Made by a program: the position numbers and the translations under genes. This document shows, piece by piece, positions 33,654 through 41,731 of a stretch of 64,000 nucleotides of DNA. How positions within the stretch are numbered: position 1 is the stretch's first letter; the number at the start of each line of letters is the position of its first letter. Under the pieces are notes generated by a model. The model saw only the letters and a program-made list of their open reading frames with translations. It was not told where the DNA came from and ran no database searches. Origin of the DNA: Nitrospinales bacterium (GTDB lineage: Bacteria; Nitrospinota; Nitrospinia; Nitrospinales; VA-1); assembly GCA_965223795.1 (NCBI GenBank), contig CBDCXL010000002.1, positions 1,088,001-1,152,000 on the forward strand, read 5' to 3'.

Positions 33654-33870
33654 AACCCGACTCGAAAAAAAATTTCACTGTGCAAAGGAATGCTGCCGAT
33701 CGTGTATGAAAGTCATTTCTGTTTCTTTTCCTTCCCGCCTCCCCGCTCAACCTGTCCCGGCAAGGCTTTCAGGCGTGCTGGTTTTTTTCAGCGAAGAAAA
33801 TAAAATTGCCGCGCGACTTCGATCTTCGATTCCCTTTTAACTCCGTAACCTCTTTTTTGTCAATATTTGC

Positions 33871-33898
33871 TTGACATTGAATGCATATCGCATAGAAT
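33871..33898 (+). promoter_or_regulatory. Sigma-70 promoter of the histone-like gene
   Basis: TTGACA-16 nt-TAGAAT. Confidence 0.7.
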
Positions 33899-33965
33899 GA
33901 ATAAACAATCATTTGGGCGCTGAAACAGACCCCGATGAGGGAGAGAGAGGTAAAAGGAGATCTTG

Positions 33966-34202
33966 ATGGCAACCAAGAGGAAGACTAAGAAGAAAGCTGC
34001 AAAGAAAAAAACCACGAAGAAAAAAGCAGCAAAGAGAAAGACCACGAAGAAAAAAGCAACAAAGAAAAAGGCAACAAAAAGAAAAGCAACTAAGAAGAAA
34101 GCAGCAAAGAGAAAAACTACAAAGAAAAAAGCAGCAAAGAAAAAAACGACAAAGAAAAAAGCCAAAAGAAAAACGAAGCGAAAGACGAAAAAATCAGCTT
34201 AA
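33966..34202 (+). CDS. Lys-rich histone H1-like basic protein
   Basis: AAGGAG RBS; 47 of 78 residues are K/R, arranged in K(K/R)K-(A/T)(A/T) pentamers; has its own promoter and terminator. Confidence 0.85.
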   Translation: MATKRKTKKKAAKKKTTKKKAAKRKTTKKKATKKKATKRKATKKKAAKRKTTKKKAAKKKTTKKKAKRKTKRKTKKSA

Positions 34203-34214
34203 TGGCTCCACCGC

Positions 34215-34248
34215 TTCGCCGGTCTCGACCGGCGGGTTTTTTCTTTTT
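34215..34248 (+). terminator. Intrinsic terminator 1 after the histone-like gene
   Basis: CGCCGGT-ctcg-ACCGGCG hairpin followed by T-runs. Confidence 0.7.
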
Positions 34249-34311
34249 GTCAAGTCAAACGTTTTTACTTTTCGACCCTCTTTCTTCCCTCATCCCTTCA
34301 TCTTGTTTCAG

Positions 34312-34345
34312 CGCCCAAAAGCTTTCCTGAGTTTGGGCGTTTTTT
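34312..34345 (+). terminator. Intrinsic terminator 2 after the histone-like gene
   Basis: CGCCCAAA...TTTGGGCG hairpin followed by TTTTTT. Confidence 0.65.
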
Positions 34346-34404
34346 AGTTTCCCCCTCCCCCGCCCCACCATCTCGAACCCCCAACCGCTTGATTTAAAAC
34401 ACCT

Positions 34405-35604
34405 TTAAAGAATTCGCGCGTACAATCCCTTCAAATATTCCCCCTCGGGAAACCGCACCGGATGATCCAGAGCGTGCCCGGTCCGCCGGATTTCCTCATG
34501 GCGCCGGCCCGCAGAAACGATCCCCTGGACGACGCTGTGGAAAAAATCCCCGCGGGAAACACGGGCGGAGCAGGACGCGGCGAACAGGATCCCGTCCAGC
34601 CGGGTGCAGCGGGCCCCCATCTCAGCGAGCCGGGCGTAGGCGGACAACGCTTTTTGCCGGTGCTTTTTCTTGTTGGCGAACGCCGGAGGATCGAGCACGA
34701 CGCAATCGAACAACGTGCCTTCGCGGATGAGCGCCGGCAGCACGTCGAACGCATCGCCCGCGATCTGCTTGAAGTTCACATCCTGTGAACTTGCTTCCGC
34801 GAAATTCAGGCGCAGGTTTTTCAAGGAAACGTCGAGCGCGTGCGGATTGGATTCGACTTCCGTGACCGAGCGGGCTCCGCCCGCATACGCGCTGATGGAA
34901 AAACCGCCGGTGTAGCTGAACACGTTGAGCACTGATTTTCCGTCCGCAAGCTCGCGGATGTGCGCGCGGTTGTCTCTCTGGTCGAGAAAAAAACCGGTCT
35001 TTTGCCCTTCGAGCACATCGGCTTTAAAATGCAGTCCGTTTTCCTGAAAGCGCACGGGTCCGGCCACAGGACCGCCGAACAGCACCGCCCGGTTTTTCCA
35101 CTCGCCGGTGTCCTGATCCATCACGTTGCGGCTCAATCTCAGAACGCAATGCGCAACGGGAAGCGTTTCCTTGAGCAGGGGCAGCAGCGTGTCGAGGTGG
35201 GGAAACCAGGCGGCGGTGTAGAGCTTGAGCACCGCCGTGTCGCCGTAGCGGTCGAGCACCAGTCCGGGCAGGCCGTCGTTTTCACCGTTCACGATGCGGC
35301 AGCCCGTGGTCGCTTCGGAATGCAGTGCCTCACGCAAGGCGTGCGCCACCTTGAGCCGCCGGCGGAAAAAATCCGCGTTCAATTCTTCGGGCTTGCCGGT
35401 GGAAAGGATGCGCAGGCGCAGCTCGGAGTGGGGATCGAACAGGGCGAGCGCCAGAAACCGGTTGCGCGCATCGTAGAGGACGGCGAGGTCCCCCGGTTTT
35501 CCGCCGCCGGTTTGTTTTTGGATCTGGTAGTCGAACACCCAGGGATGGCCGCCGCGAATTTTTGCCTGCAGGGTTTTGGAGACCTGAACTTTGATGAGGC
35601 TCAT
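34405..35604 (-). CDS. RlmI/RlmK-like SAM-dependent rRNA methyltransferase
   Basis: GHPWVF (PUA), GENDGLPGL, GQKTGFFLDQR, VLNVFSYTGGF, LDPP, YLK. Confidence 0.9.
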   Translation of the reverse strand: MSLIKVQVSKTLQAKIRGGHPWVFDYQIQKQTGGGKPGDLAVLYDARNRFLALALFDPHSELRLRILSTGKPEELNADFFRRRLKVAHALREALHSEATTGCRIVNGENDGLPGLVLDRYGDTAVLKLYTAAWFPHLDTLLPLLKETLPVAHCVLRLSRNVMDQDTGEWKNRAVLFGGPVAGPVRFQENGLHFKADVLEGQKTGFFLDQRDNRAHIRELADGKSVLNVFSYTGGFSISAYAGGARSVTEVESNPHALDVSLKNLRLNFAEASSQDVNFKQIAGDAFDVLPALIREGTLFDCVVLDPPAFANKKKHRQKALSAYARLAEMGARCTRLDGILFAASCSARVSRGDFFHSVVQGIVSAGRRHEEIRRTGHALDHPVRFPEGEYLKGLYARIL

Positions 35605-35668
35605 GGCATCCGCGCCGCGCCGCCGCGGTGATACGCCCGGTCTTGCGGCATCGCCTCCATGCCGGTCT

Positions 35669-36394
35669 TCAGCGCAATCCCGGCAGGTGGGCGCGGGTCA
35701 TGACTTTCAGGATCCGCGCCTGGCGCCGCTCCACGTGCTTCTGCGGCCGGTGGATGGACCATTCCCTGGGGTTGGGCAGGATCGCCGCCAGCCACGCGGC
35801 TTCGACCGGAGACAACTGCGTGCAGGAGCGGTTGAAGTAATACCGCGCCGCCGCTTCGCAGCCGTAGATCCCGCGGCCCCATTCGATCACGTTCAAGTAG
35901 ACTTCGAGGATGCGTTCCTTGGCCCACAGGTTTTCGATCAGCAGGGTGAAGTAGGATTCGAGGGATTTCCGCAGCCAGTTGCGCCCCTGCCAGAGAAACA
36001 CGTTGCGCGATGTCTGCATGGATATGGTGCTGGCGCCGAGCCTGCGCTTGCCTTCCAGGTTGACGCGGATGGCGGATTCGATGGCCTGCCAGTCGAAGCC
36101 CTTGTGCACGAAAAATTTCTGATCCTCGGCGGCGATGGCGGCCTTGATCAGGTGCGGGGAAATGCGTTCGATGGGCACCCAGAATCTCAGCTTGCGCGGG
36201 TGGTTTTCGCTGCGGTCGTTCTCCATCCAGCGGATCCACATCAGCGGCGTGGTGGGCGGATCGGCGGCGCTGTAGATCAGGACGGGAACGACGGTCAGGG
36301 TGAGAAACAAAAACACGGCGTCGAACAGATAACGGCCGAGTCGAACGCGGATGGTTCTCTGCTTTTTCGGTTTTCTCCTGCCGAACCATCGCAT
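35669..36394 (-). CDS. mtgA: Monofunctional peptidoglycan transglycosylase
   Basis: AEDQKF..H.GFD, GASTISMQ, RK..E, YLNVIEWG. Start codon uncertain. Confidence 0.9.
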   Translation of the reverse strand: MRWFGRRKPKKQRTIRVRLGRYLFDAVFLFLTLTVVPVLIYSAADPPTTPLMWIRWMENDRSENHPRKLRFWVPIERISPHLIKAAIAAEDQKFFVHKGFDWQAIESAIRVNLEGKRRLGASTISMQTSRNVFLWQGRNWLRKSLESYFTLLIENLWAKERILEVYLNVIEWGRGIYGCEAAARYYFNRSCTQLSPVEAAWLAAILPNPREWSIHRPQKHVERRQARILKVMTRAHLPGLR

Positions 36395-36473
36395 GCAAAC
36401 GCTCCTCAATCGGACTCCACGGCCCGGCAGGCCGTCCCGTTCGATGGCAGTGTCTCCGAAGACGCGGAGGAGG

Positions 36474-37652
36474 TCAACCCTTTCTCAGCAACGATTCATA
36501 ACCCTGCACGGTGCGCTCGAAAGCGTCGCGCCGGTTCTTTGCGACTTTGCGGTAATAGGATTTGACGGGCTTGAACTCGAACGGATTGTACACGATGGAC
36601 CGGTTTTTGCGATCCTTGATTTCATAGTGCAGATGCGGCGCGAACGATCGCCCGGTGTTGCCGGACTCGCCGATCTTCTGTCCCTGTTTGACCTGGCTGC
36701 CGACGCGGACATCGACTTTGCTCAAGTGCAGATAGAGGGTTTTGACGCCCTGGCGGGGATGATCGAGTTCGACGCACAGGCCGTTCGCCTGGGTGTTCCA
36801 GTTGACGCGGTGAACGCGGCCGGCGAAGCTCGCGAACACGGGCGTGCCCACCGGCGCCTTGAAGTCGGTGCCTTCGTGTCCCACCGGGCCTTTGCGGTAA
36901 TCACCGGGCAGCGAAGTGATCTCGGTGTAAGCCGCGATCGGGGCGAAGGGTTTGGCGATCCGTTTGGCGATCTCGCGGCCCTGCCTGTCGAAAAACGCGC
37001 CGTGGCCGCCCTCGGTTTCGATGAAGTGGTTGGCGTCGAATTTTTTCTTGAGCAGGGTGCTCTGGTAGACAAACTTGTAAATTTTGAATTTCTCTTTACC
37101 GGGGCTTTTCTGGTAGATCACGCTCAGGGTGTCGCCGTTGCGCATGTTGCGGTTGACGTCGAAAAACCACACCAGCAGGCGGTTGAGGTAGGCGGCCAGG
37201 TGCTCGCAGCCTTCGGCGCGGGTCAGCACGCCGCACAGAGTGTGGGTCAACGAATTCTGTATTTTGATTTCCAGTACGGTCGGTTCCTGACGATCGGCGG
37301 GATCGGACAGGGGCTTGAGGACCGGAACGCTATTCTTTTTCCCGGCGGGTTCGACGGCGGCGGGTTTGAGATCCAGCTTCACCGGCTGCGTCTCGACCGC
37401 CCTGGGTTCAGGCGCGGCCGGCACGGCGGGCAGGCGGGTCTGCACGGCCGGTTCGGGGTTCTGAAAAAACAGAAAATACAGGTTCAGGGAAATGGAAAGC
37501 AGGAAGAGGATGTTGAATATCCTGCGCAGCGGCGGCCGTTTTTTCGCGTTCGGCTTCTGTTTTTTCAGGGTGTACGACAGTGTGCGGCGCTCGTTGCCGG
37601 TGTCCCGCAACGACGTTGCAACATACGCTGGGTTGTGTTCGATGGGCTTCAT
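36474..37652 (-). CDS. M23 family metallopeptidase
   Basis: HEGTD, YLHLS, GNTGRSFAPHLHYE, N-terminal TM. Confidence 0.92.
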   Translation of the reverse strand: MKPIEHNPAYVATSLRDTGNERRTLSYTLKKQKPNAKKRPPLRRIFNILFLLSISLNLYFLFFQNPEPAVQTRLPAVPAAPEPRAVETQPVKLDLKPAAVEPAGKKNSVPVLKPLSDPADRQEPTVLEIKIQNSLTHTLCGVLTRAEGCEHLAAYLNRLLVWFFDVNRNMRNGDTLSVIYQKSPGKEKFKIYKFVYQSTLLKKKFDANHFIETEGGHGAFFDRQGREIAKRIAKPFAPIAAYTEITSLPGDYRKGPVGHEGTDFKAPVGTPVFASFAGRVHRVNWNTQANGLCVELDHPRQGVKTLYLHLSKVDVRVGSQVKQGQKIGESGNTGRSFAPHLHYEIKDRKNRSIVYNPFEFKPVKSYYRKVAKNRRDAFERTVQGYESLLRKG

Positions 37653-37921
37653 GGATCGAATCGTTTGTTAAGGTGGTTGGCTGGAAGCAGGGCTGTTGAA
37701 TCGGAACGGGGCATGGGATCGATGCGGCTTGTGTCGGGTGGATGGTTGTTTTCCGGAACCGGGTGGGGATAGTGGGACGCGGTTTCAGATGGGTTTTAAG
37801 ATCGAAGGCTTCAGGAAGGCGCCTCCTTGGTTCCATTCCGATTTTGTATTACAATTTCCAGACACATTATGGCAAAACGCGCCCGATTTAACAACCCGTT
37901 GATTTTCAATTTTCTACGCCC

Positions 37922-39013
37922 ATGACCCGCGCACCCGAACGCATATTTATCGAGCCTGGAGCCGAGGACAGCCCGCTTGCAAAAGAGGTCCTCAATCGCT
38001 TTAAAGACGTTCCGGTGGAGCGCGTCGATGAAACCGGACCGGTGGTCGATCGCATCCGCCGCACGCAGGAGGACGCCTTCGGCGCGGCCAAGCGGCAGCT
38101 GGTGCTGTCGCGCTTCAAAGGCTCGTTCCTGCGCAAATGTCCCGGCATCAGTCCGGGCATGGTGTGCTGCAATTATTATGTGGTCAATCTGCTCAAAAAC
38201 TGCGTCTACGATTGCTCTTACTGCTTTTTGCAGGACTTTCTCGACAACAACCCGCTGCTGGTCGCCTTCGTCAATGTGGAGGACCTGCTCGCGGAGCTGG
38301 GCGAAGTGCTCACCGCGCACCCGGACCGCACGTTCCGCGTGGGCACCGGCGAGTTGACGGACAGCCTGGCGCTGGAACACTGGCTGCCGTATGCGGACAC
38401 GCTGGTGCCGTTTTTCAACAAGCAGAACAACGCGGTGCTGGAGCTGAAAACCAAATCGGACCGGGTGGAAACGCTGCTCGCCCAGAACGACACGAAAAAC
38501 ATCATCGTCTCCTGGTCGATCAACCCGCCCGAGATCGTGGATCGGGAGGAAAAGGGAACTCCGAACCTCGACGCGCGCCTTGAAGCGGCGCGGCGCTGCC
38601 AGGAAAAGGGTTACCGCATCGGGTTCCATTTCGATCCGATCGTGCTGTTCGACGGCTGGGAGCGGGCCTACGCCGCTCTTGTCGATCAACTGTTCGCGAC
38701 GGTCGAGCCTCAAGGCATTGAGTGGATCAGCCTGGGCAGTTTCCGTTACCGCGCACCGCTCAAGCGCATCATCAAGGAGCGGCACCGGGACACGCGCCTG
38801 TTCACCGGGGAGCATGTGGCGAGCAAGGATGGAAAATTCCGCTACCTGCGGCCGCTGAGAAACCGGGCGTACACGACGGTGCGCGACCTGATCCAGCGGC
38901 GCTCGCAAATTCAGAACGTCTACCTGTGCATGGAGACGAAGGAGCTGTGGGAAGGGGTGACGGGGAACACGCCGCGCAGCGACAAGGCGCTGGATAAATT
39001 TTTCGATCTTTAG
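37922..39013 (+). CDS. Spore photoproduct lyase-like radical SAM protein
   Basis: CVYDCSYC (CxxxCxxC), GTGELTDSL, LELKTKS, VYLCME. Confidence 0.85.
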   Translation: MTRAPERIFIEPGAEDSPLAKEVLNRFKDVPVERVDETGPVVDRIRRTQEDAFGAAKRQLVLSRFKGSFLRKCPGISPGMVCCNYYVVNLLKNCVYDCSYCFLQDFLDNNPLLVAFVNVEDLLAELGEVLTAHPDRTFRVGTGELTDSLALEHWLPYADTLVPFFNKQNNAVLELKTKSDRVETLLAQNDTKNIIVSWSINPPEIVDREEKGTPNLDARLEAARRCQEKGYRIGFHFDPIVLFDGWERAYAALVDQLFATVEPQGIEWISLGSFRYRAPLKRIIKERHRDTRLFTGEHVASKDGKFRYLRPLRNRAYTTVRDLIQRRSQIQNVYLCMETKELWEGVTGNTPRSDKALDKFFDL

Positions 39014-39051
39014 AAAAACCGGCCGCGATGGTCCCTTGCTTCGGCAGGCCC

Positions 39052-39098
39052 GTCCTGAGCGTGCCGAAGGACTCATGCTTCGACAGGCTCAGCATGAC
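39052..39098. repeat. REP-like palindrome (CTGAGC.TG.CGAAG / CTTCGACA.GCTCAG family)
   Basis: CTGAGCGTGCCGAAG pairs imperfectly with CTTCGACAGGCTCAG; lies between convergent genes. Confidence 0.7.
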
Positions 39099-39106
39099 AG
39101 GGAAGT

Positions 39107-40216
39107 TTACAGGCGCATGGGCATGACGATGCTCATGTAGTCCTTGTCGTTCTCGACGGTGATCAGGCAGGAGTGGTTCTGGTCTTTGAGGTTGAGGACG
39201 ATCTGCTCGTCCTCGATGACGTTGAGCACATCGAGCACGTACTTTGCGTTCAGGCCTACGGACACGTCCTCGCCCTCGTACTGGACGGCCAGCTCCTCGC
39301 GGGCGGCGCCCAGATCGGAATTGTCCGAAACCAGGGTGAGGTTGCCTTTGTGGATGTCGAACCGCACCATCTTGGATTTTTCATCGGCGAGCAGGGCGAC
39401 CCGCTTCAGCGCGTGCACCAGATCGTCGCGTTTGATGACGACCTTGAGGTTGTTGTCCGAGGGCAGGACCTGGCGGTAGTTGGGAAATTTTCCGTCGATC
39501 TTGCGGGAAACGATGACCTGCTTTCCCTGGATGAAGGCCAGATGGTTGTTCTTCACGGAGAAGGCGAAAGTGGCGTCTTCATCCTCCATGAGTTTCAAAA
39601 GCTCGGACAGGGCCTTTTTGGGGAGCAGGTAGCTCAGGCTCTCGCTCTCGGGCACGGTGGATTTGAGCAGCGGCCGCTGGATGAAGCACAGCCGGTGCCC
39701 GTCGGTGCCCACAAGGTTGGCGTGGCCGTTTTCTTTTTCCAGCAGCAGGCCGTTGAGCGCCTGGCGGGTCTCATCCGGTGAGACGGCGAAGAAGGTCTTG
39801 CGGATCATCTCTTTCAGCAGCAGGGAGCTGAACTCCATCAGCGTTTCTTCGCTGTATTCCGGCAGCGCCGGAAAATCCGCAGCGGGCAGACCCGGCAGGC
39901 GGAACTTGGAGTTGCCGCATTTTAAGGTCACCCATTCGTTGTCTTCCTTGATGAGATGGATTTCCAGGTCGGGAAGCTCGCGGATGATGTCGTAAATCTT
40001 GCGCGCGTTGAGGGTGGTGGAGCCCTCGGCGATCACATTGGCGGGGTAGAACGCTTTGGTTCCGATTTCAAGGTCGGTGGCCTCGACGAGGATGCCTTCC
40101 TTCTCGGTCTTGATGAGAACGTGCGACAGGATCGGCATGGCGCCTTTTGTTTCAACGATGCCCTGGACCCTTTGAACCGCGCTCAAGAAATTATCCCGGG
40201 TGATTCGGACTTCCAT
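39107..40216 (-). CDS. dnaN: DNA polymerase III beta sliding clamp
   Basis: PILSHVL, ATDLEI, GTDGHRL, GKFPNY, C-terminal VMPMRL; 369 aa. Confidence 0.96.
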   Translation of the reverse strand: MEVRITRDNFLSAVQRVQGIVETKGAMPILSHVLIKTEKEGILVEATDLEIGTKAFYPANVIAEGSTTLNARKIYDIIRELPDLEIHLIKEDNEWVTLKCGNSKFRLPGLPAADFPALPEYSEETLMEFSSLLLKEMIRKTFFAVSPDETRQALNGLLLEKENGHANLVGTDGHRLCFIQRPLLKSTVPESESLSYLLPKKALSELLKLMEDEDATFAFSVKNNHLAFIQGKQVIVSRKIDGKFPNYRQVLPSDNNLKVVIKRDDLVHALKRVALLADEKSKMVRFDIHKGNLTLVSDNSDLGAAREELAVQYEGEDVSVGLNAKYVLDVLNVIEDEQIVLNLKDQNHSCLITVENDKDYMSIVMPMRL

Positions 40217-40543
40217 GCTTTCTTCCCCCTGAATTAGACGCTTTTTTGGCTGTCATCGCGAAAATATTCAAATAGCATGAAACCCCATACCTGTCAAAAG
40301 TAAATATCCGAACCGGGAACACGTTGCCGGCAGTCCGGCCGGCAGTCCCGGCGCGGCACGCCGGGACCGGACCGGCGACGCGGCGCGTCTGCAGGCAAGA
40401 TGCGGATTCTGCTTTGCTTCGGGATCCCGGCAACGGCTCGATACGGGGAGCCCAAGCATTTCATCGGGATGGCGTCCGCCGATTGACTGGCGTGCGGGGC
40501 TGTGATAAATTCCAGAATTTCCAGACATTAGGGGACGTTTTTT

Positions 40544-41563
40544 ATGATCATCGTCATGAAGCCGGATGCCACTCCGGAACAGATCGAAGAGGTGGAAGCT
40601 CAGATCGAAGAGCTGGGATACAAGCCGCACGAAATCGTCGGTGTCGAACGCAAGGTCATCGGCGCGGTGGGAGACGAACGCGGCAAGGACCGGCTGCAGA
40701 TGATCGAGTCCATGCCGGGAGTGGAATCGGTGTTCCCGATCCTCAAGCCCTACAAACTGGCCAGCCGGGAAGTGCAGGCCCAGGATACGGTGGTTCAGGT
40801 GGACGGGGTGTCCATCGGCGCCCGGGAAATCGCCATCATGGCCGGTCCCTGCTCGGTGGAGAGTCAGGATCAGATCGTGGGAACGGCGCGCGAAGTCAAG
40901 CAGGCGGGCGCCAATATCATGCGCGGCGGGGCGTTCAAACCCCGGACCTCGCCCTACAGTTTTCAGGGACTGGAAGAGGAAGGGCTGAAACTGCTCAAGG
41001 CGGCCAAGGACGAAACCGGGCTGCCCATCGTGACCGAAGTGATGAACCCGCGCGAGGTGGACCTGGTCGCGCGCTATGCGGACATCATGCAGGTCGGGGC
41101 GCGCAACGTGCAGAATTTTTCTCTGCTCAAGGAGCTGGGGCACCTGCGCAAGCCCATCTTGCTCAAACGCGGGATGATGACGACGATCAAGGAATTTTTG
41201 ATGTCCGCCGAATACATGCTGGCGGAAGGCAACCGCGAGATCATCCTGTGCGAACGCGGCATCCGCACGTTCGAGACGGCCACCCGCAACACGCTGGATT
41301 TGAGCGCGATCCCCGTTCTGAAAAAAGAAACGCACCTGCCGATCATCATCGATCCGAGCCACGGCACCGGCCACTGGGATCTGGTGGGTTCGATGGCGAA
41401 GGCGGCCATCGCCGCCGGCGCGGACGGGCTGATGATCGAAGTGCACCCGGACCCGATCCACGCCTATTCGGACGGTCCCCAGTCCCTCAAACCGAAAAAA
41501 TTCGCCAAACTGGTCGAGGAACTGCGGCCGCTGATTCAGTTGATGGGCCGCAATCTCGCCTGA
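40544..41563 (+). CDS. aroF: 3-deoxy-7-phosphoheptulonate synthase (type I-beta, N-terminal regulatory domain)
   Basis: AGPCSVES, GGAFKPRTSPYSFQG, LCERGIRTFE, DPSHG. Confidence 0.95.
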   Translation: MIIVMKPDATPEQIEEVEAQIEELGYKPHEIVGVERKVIGAVGDERGKDRLQMIESMPGVESVFPILKPYKLASREVQAQDTVVQVDGVSIGAREIAIMAGPCSVESQDQIVGTAREVKQAGANIMRGGAFKPRTSPYSFQGLEEEGLKLLKAAKDETGLPIVTEVMNPREVDLVARYADIMQVGARNVQNFSLLKELGHLRKPILLKRGMMTTIKEFLMSAEYMLAEGNREIILCERGIRTFETATRNTLDLSAIPVLKKETHLPIIIDPSHGTGHWDLVGSMAKAAIAAGADGLMIEVHPDPIHAYSDGPQSLKPKKFAKLVEELRPLIQLMGRNLA

Positions 41564-41731
41564 GCCGTCCTTCCGGGCAGCGGAAATCCGGCCGGAAACG
41601 ACGCCGGTTCATCGTCCATCCCCCCCCTCTTTTCTTGAATCTGTGGAAAAATGCGTTTATCCTTAAAATTACAGATATTTTTCGCATAATTTGGGGGATT
41701 CCCGCAGCCATCCCGACGCAGGCGGCTCTTG

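Noticed and set aside
33860..34165. Phe-rich hydrophobic minus-strand ORF
   Set aside because: It is the reverse complement of the Lys-rich gene; the promoter, RBS and terminators support the plus strand.
40217..40543. Replication origin next to dnaN
   Set aside because: No cluster of DnaA boxes and no dnaA.
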